Under the pieces are notes generated by a model that saw only the letters and a list, made by a program, of their open reading frames with translations, made no database searches and was not told the DNA's origin. Made by a program: the position numbers and the translations under genes. A DNA stretch of 64,000 nt from Elusimicrobia bacterium GWA2_62_23 (GTDB taxonomy: Bacteria > Elusimicrobiota > Elusimicrobia > Elusimicrobiales > UBA9959), in assembly GCA_001799635.1 (NCBI GenBank), contig MGTV01000038.1:2376-66375 (forward strand), written 5' to 3'. Shown here piece after piece: positions 62,743 through 64,000 of the stretch; positions within the stretch are counted from its first letter, which is position 1, and each line of letters begins with the position of its first letter.

Positions 62743-63729
62743 CTATCCCAGCAGGCGGGTGAGTACCGAGAGCACTTTCTCGCGGATCTGGGGCAGGGGC
62801 CCGCGCATGCGGCAGCCGGAGGCGTTGCGGTGGCCGCCGCCGCCGAAGGCCTTGGCCACGGCGCTGACGTCCAGGTGGCCGCGGGAGCGGAAGGTGACGC
62901 TGACGCGGTCCTCCTCCTCGCGGAACATCACCGCGGTTTTTACTCCGGGAGGCATCATGCCGAAATTGATCACGTTCTCGCTATGCTCGGAACGCGCCTC
63001 GAATTCCTTGAAATCCGAGGCCTTCAGCGTCAGGACGGCCAGTTTCCCGCCGGCCTTGAGCTCCAGGCTCTCCAGGGCGCGGCCCAGGATCTTGAGCGAC
63101 TCGCAGGCTTTGGTGGCGTAAAGCAGGTCGTTGATTCGGGAGAACTTGAAGCCGGTCTCCAGCAGGCGCGACGCTATTTCCAGCGTCCTGGGGGTGGTGG
63201 CGGGGAAATGGAACCGGCCGGTATCCGTCACGATGGCGGTGTAGAGGCAGGTGGCCTCGCGGCGGGTCATGTTGACGTTCATGTTGTAGAACAGGCGGTA
63301 AACGATCTCGGCGGTGGAGGAGGAATGCGGCTCCACTATGTTGATGTCGCCGTAGAACTCCGAGGTCTTGTGATGGTCGATATTCACCACCTTGCCGCAG
63401 CGCCTGAGCACGGGCTCCAGCGCGCCGCCGCGGGCCGGGGTGGAACACTCCAGCAGGATGGCGGCGTCGAACTTGCCCTTGGGCACCCTTGAATGGATGG
63501 TGTTGGCGTGAGGCAGGAACCGCAGGTTCTCCGGCACGGGGTCCTGGGAGAACAGGCGCACCTTCTTGCCGAGGCGTTTGAGCACGGAACCGATGGCCAG
63601 CATGGACCCGATAGTGTCGCCGTCGGGATTCAGGTGCCCGGCCAGGAAGAAACTATCGGCTCCGGTTATGAGGTCTTCAAGGCGTTTGAACTCAGTCTCG
63701 AGGTCCAGGGTTCTCATCATTTTTGTCAT
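62743..63729 (-). CDS. nrnA: DHH/DHHA1 phosphoesterase (NrnA-like oligoribonuclease/pAp phosphatase)
   Basis: 328 aa: HLNPDGDTIGS, NIDHH, DTGRF, GGGHRNASG. Confidence 0.85.
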   Translation of the reverse strand: MTKMMRTLDLETEFKRLEDLITGADSFFLAGHLNPDGDTIGSMLAIGSVLKRLGKKVRLFSQDPVPENLRFLPHANTIHSRVPKGKFDAAILLECSTPARGGALEPVLRRCGKVVNIDHHKTSEFYGDINIVEPHSSSTAEIVYRLFYNMNVNMTRREATCLYTAIVTDTGRFHFPATTPRTLEIASRLLETGFKFSRINDLLYATKACESLKILGRALESLELKAGGKLAVLTLKASDFKEFEARSEHSENVINFGMMPPGVKTAVMFREEEDRVSVTFRSRGHLDVSAVAKAFGGGGHRNASGCRMRGPLPQIREKVLSVLTRLLG

Positions 63730-64000
63730 TCTCGGCGCGGATCTTGCTGAAGATGCCCTCTATGTGCGACGCCTGCTCCGGGGTCTGGTCGTACTTGAAC
63801 TGCAGCTCAGGCACGATCTTGAGCCGCAGGCGCTTGAACAGCAGCGAGCGCAGGTCCCAGGCGTTGGCGCTGAGCAGCAGCGCCTTGCGGCGGCGGTCCT
63901 CGTCCGTCCCGAGCACGGAATAATAGACGTAGAGGACCTTGCCGTCGCTGGTGAGGTTCGCTCCGGTGAGGGTCAGCAGGCCGTGCGCGTTGATGCCGTT
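63692..64000 (-). CDS. rbfA: ribosome-binding factor A (5-prime end outside window)
   Basis: The frame stays open to the window edge. My translation of 63917-64000 (comp) gives ...LTLTGANLTSDGKVLYVYYSVLGTDEDRR..., continuing into ...VPELQFKYD. Sits in the rbfA-nrnA-truB-ribF synteny. Confidence 0.8.
   Translation of the reverse strand, partial: NGINAHGLLTLTGANLTSDGKVLYVYYSVLGTDEDRRRKALLLSANAWDLRSLLFKRLRLKIVPELQFKYDQTPEQASHIEGIFSKIRAENDKNDENPGPRD

Overview
A densely coding, high-G+C bacterial chromosome segment; the taxon cannot be assigned from the sequence alone. Most of it is core metabolism and housekeeping. This includes tig (partial) with tRNA-Leu and tRNA-Lys, a TPR-SpoIID protein, two glycosyltransferases, and the yceD-rpmF-plsX-fabG-acpP-rnc cluster. 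It also includes a complete 14-gene nuoA-N complex I operon, a ribBA-ribH-ribD-ribE operon behind a textbook FMN riboswitch, bcd-etfB-etfA, pgi, malic enzyme, tRNA-Met, greA, aspartokinase, a hydantoinase, and ribF-truB-nrnA-rbfA (partial). The unusual part lies at about 29.8-47.7 kb. (i) There is a giant tail-fibre-like surface protein, an FN3 protein and a passenger-less mini-protein. The latter two both end in a T9SS type-B (CHU_C-like) sorting domain. They sit next to a PorV/PorQ/FadL-like outer-membrane barrel fused to TPR repeats. (ii) Directly adjacent is a signal-peptide/ring-motif/TM protein fused to a clear FliG-like C-terminal rotor domain. It is translationally coupled to a long coiled-coil protein carrying a histidine-kinase ATPase domain but no H-box. 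(iii) These face a convergent motA-motB-sensor kinase-CheY-like-CheY-like-OmpR-like operon. No other flagellar, T9SS-core or pilus genes are visible in the window. I flag this as a candidate non-flagellar, phosphorylation-controlled, PMF-driven rotor/stator module linked to surface adhesins. I also found two families of structured intergenic repeats with compensatory stem changes. In addition, an 82-bp element with 26-bp perfect inverted repeats supplies the stop codon of ribF. No CRISPR array, transposase or integrase was recognised. Many long ORFs in the supplied track are antisense or out-of-frame shadows typical of high-GC DNA and were rejected.
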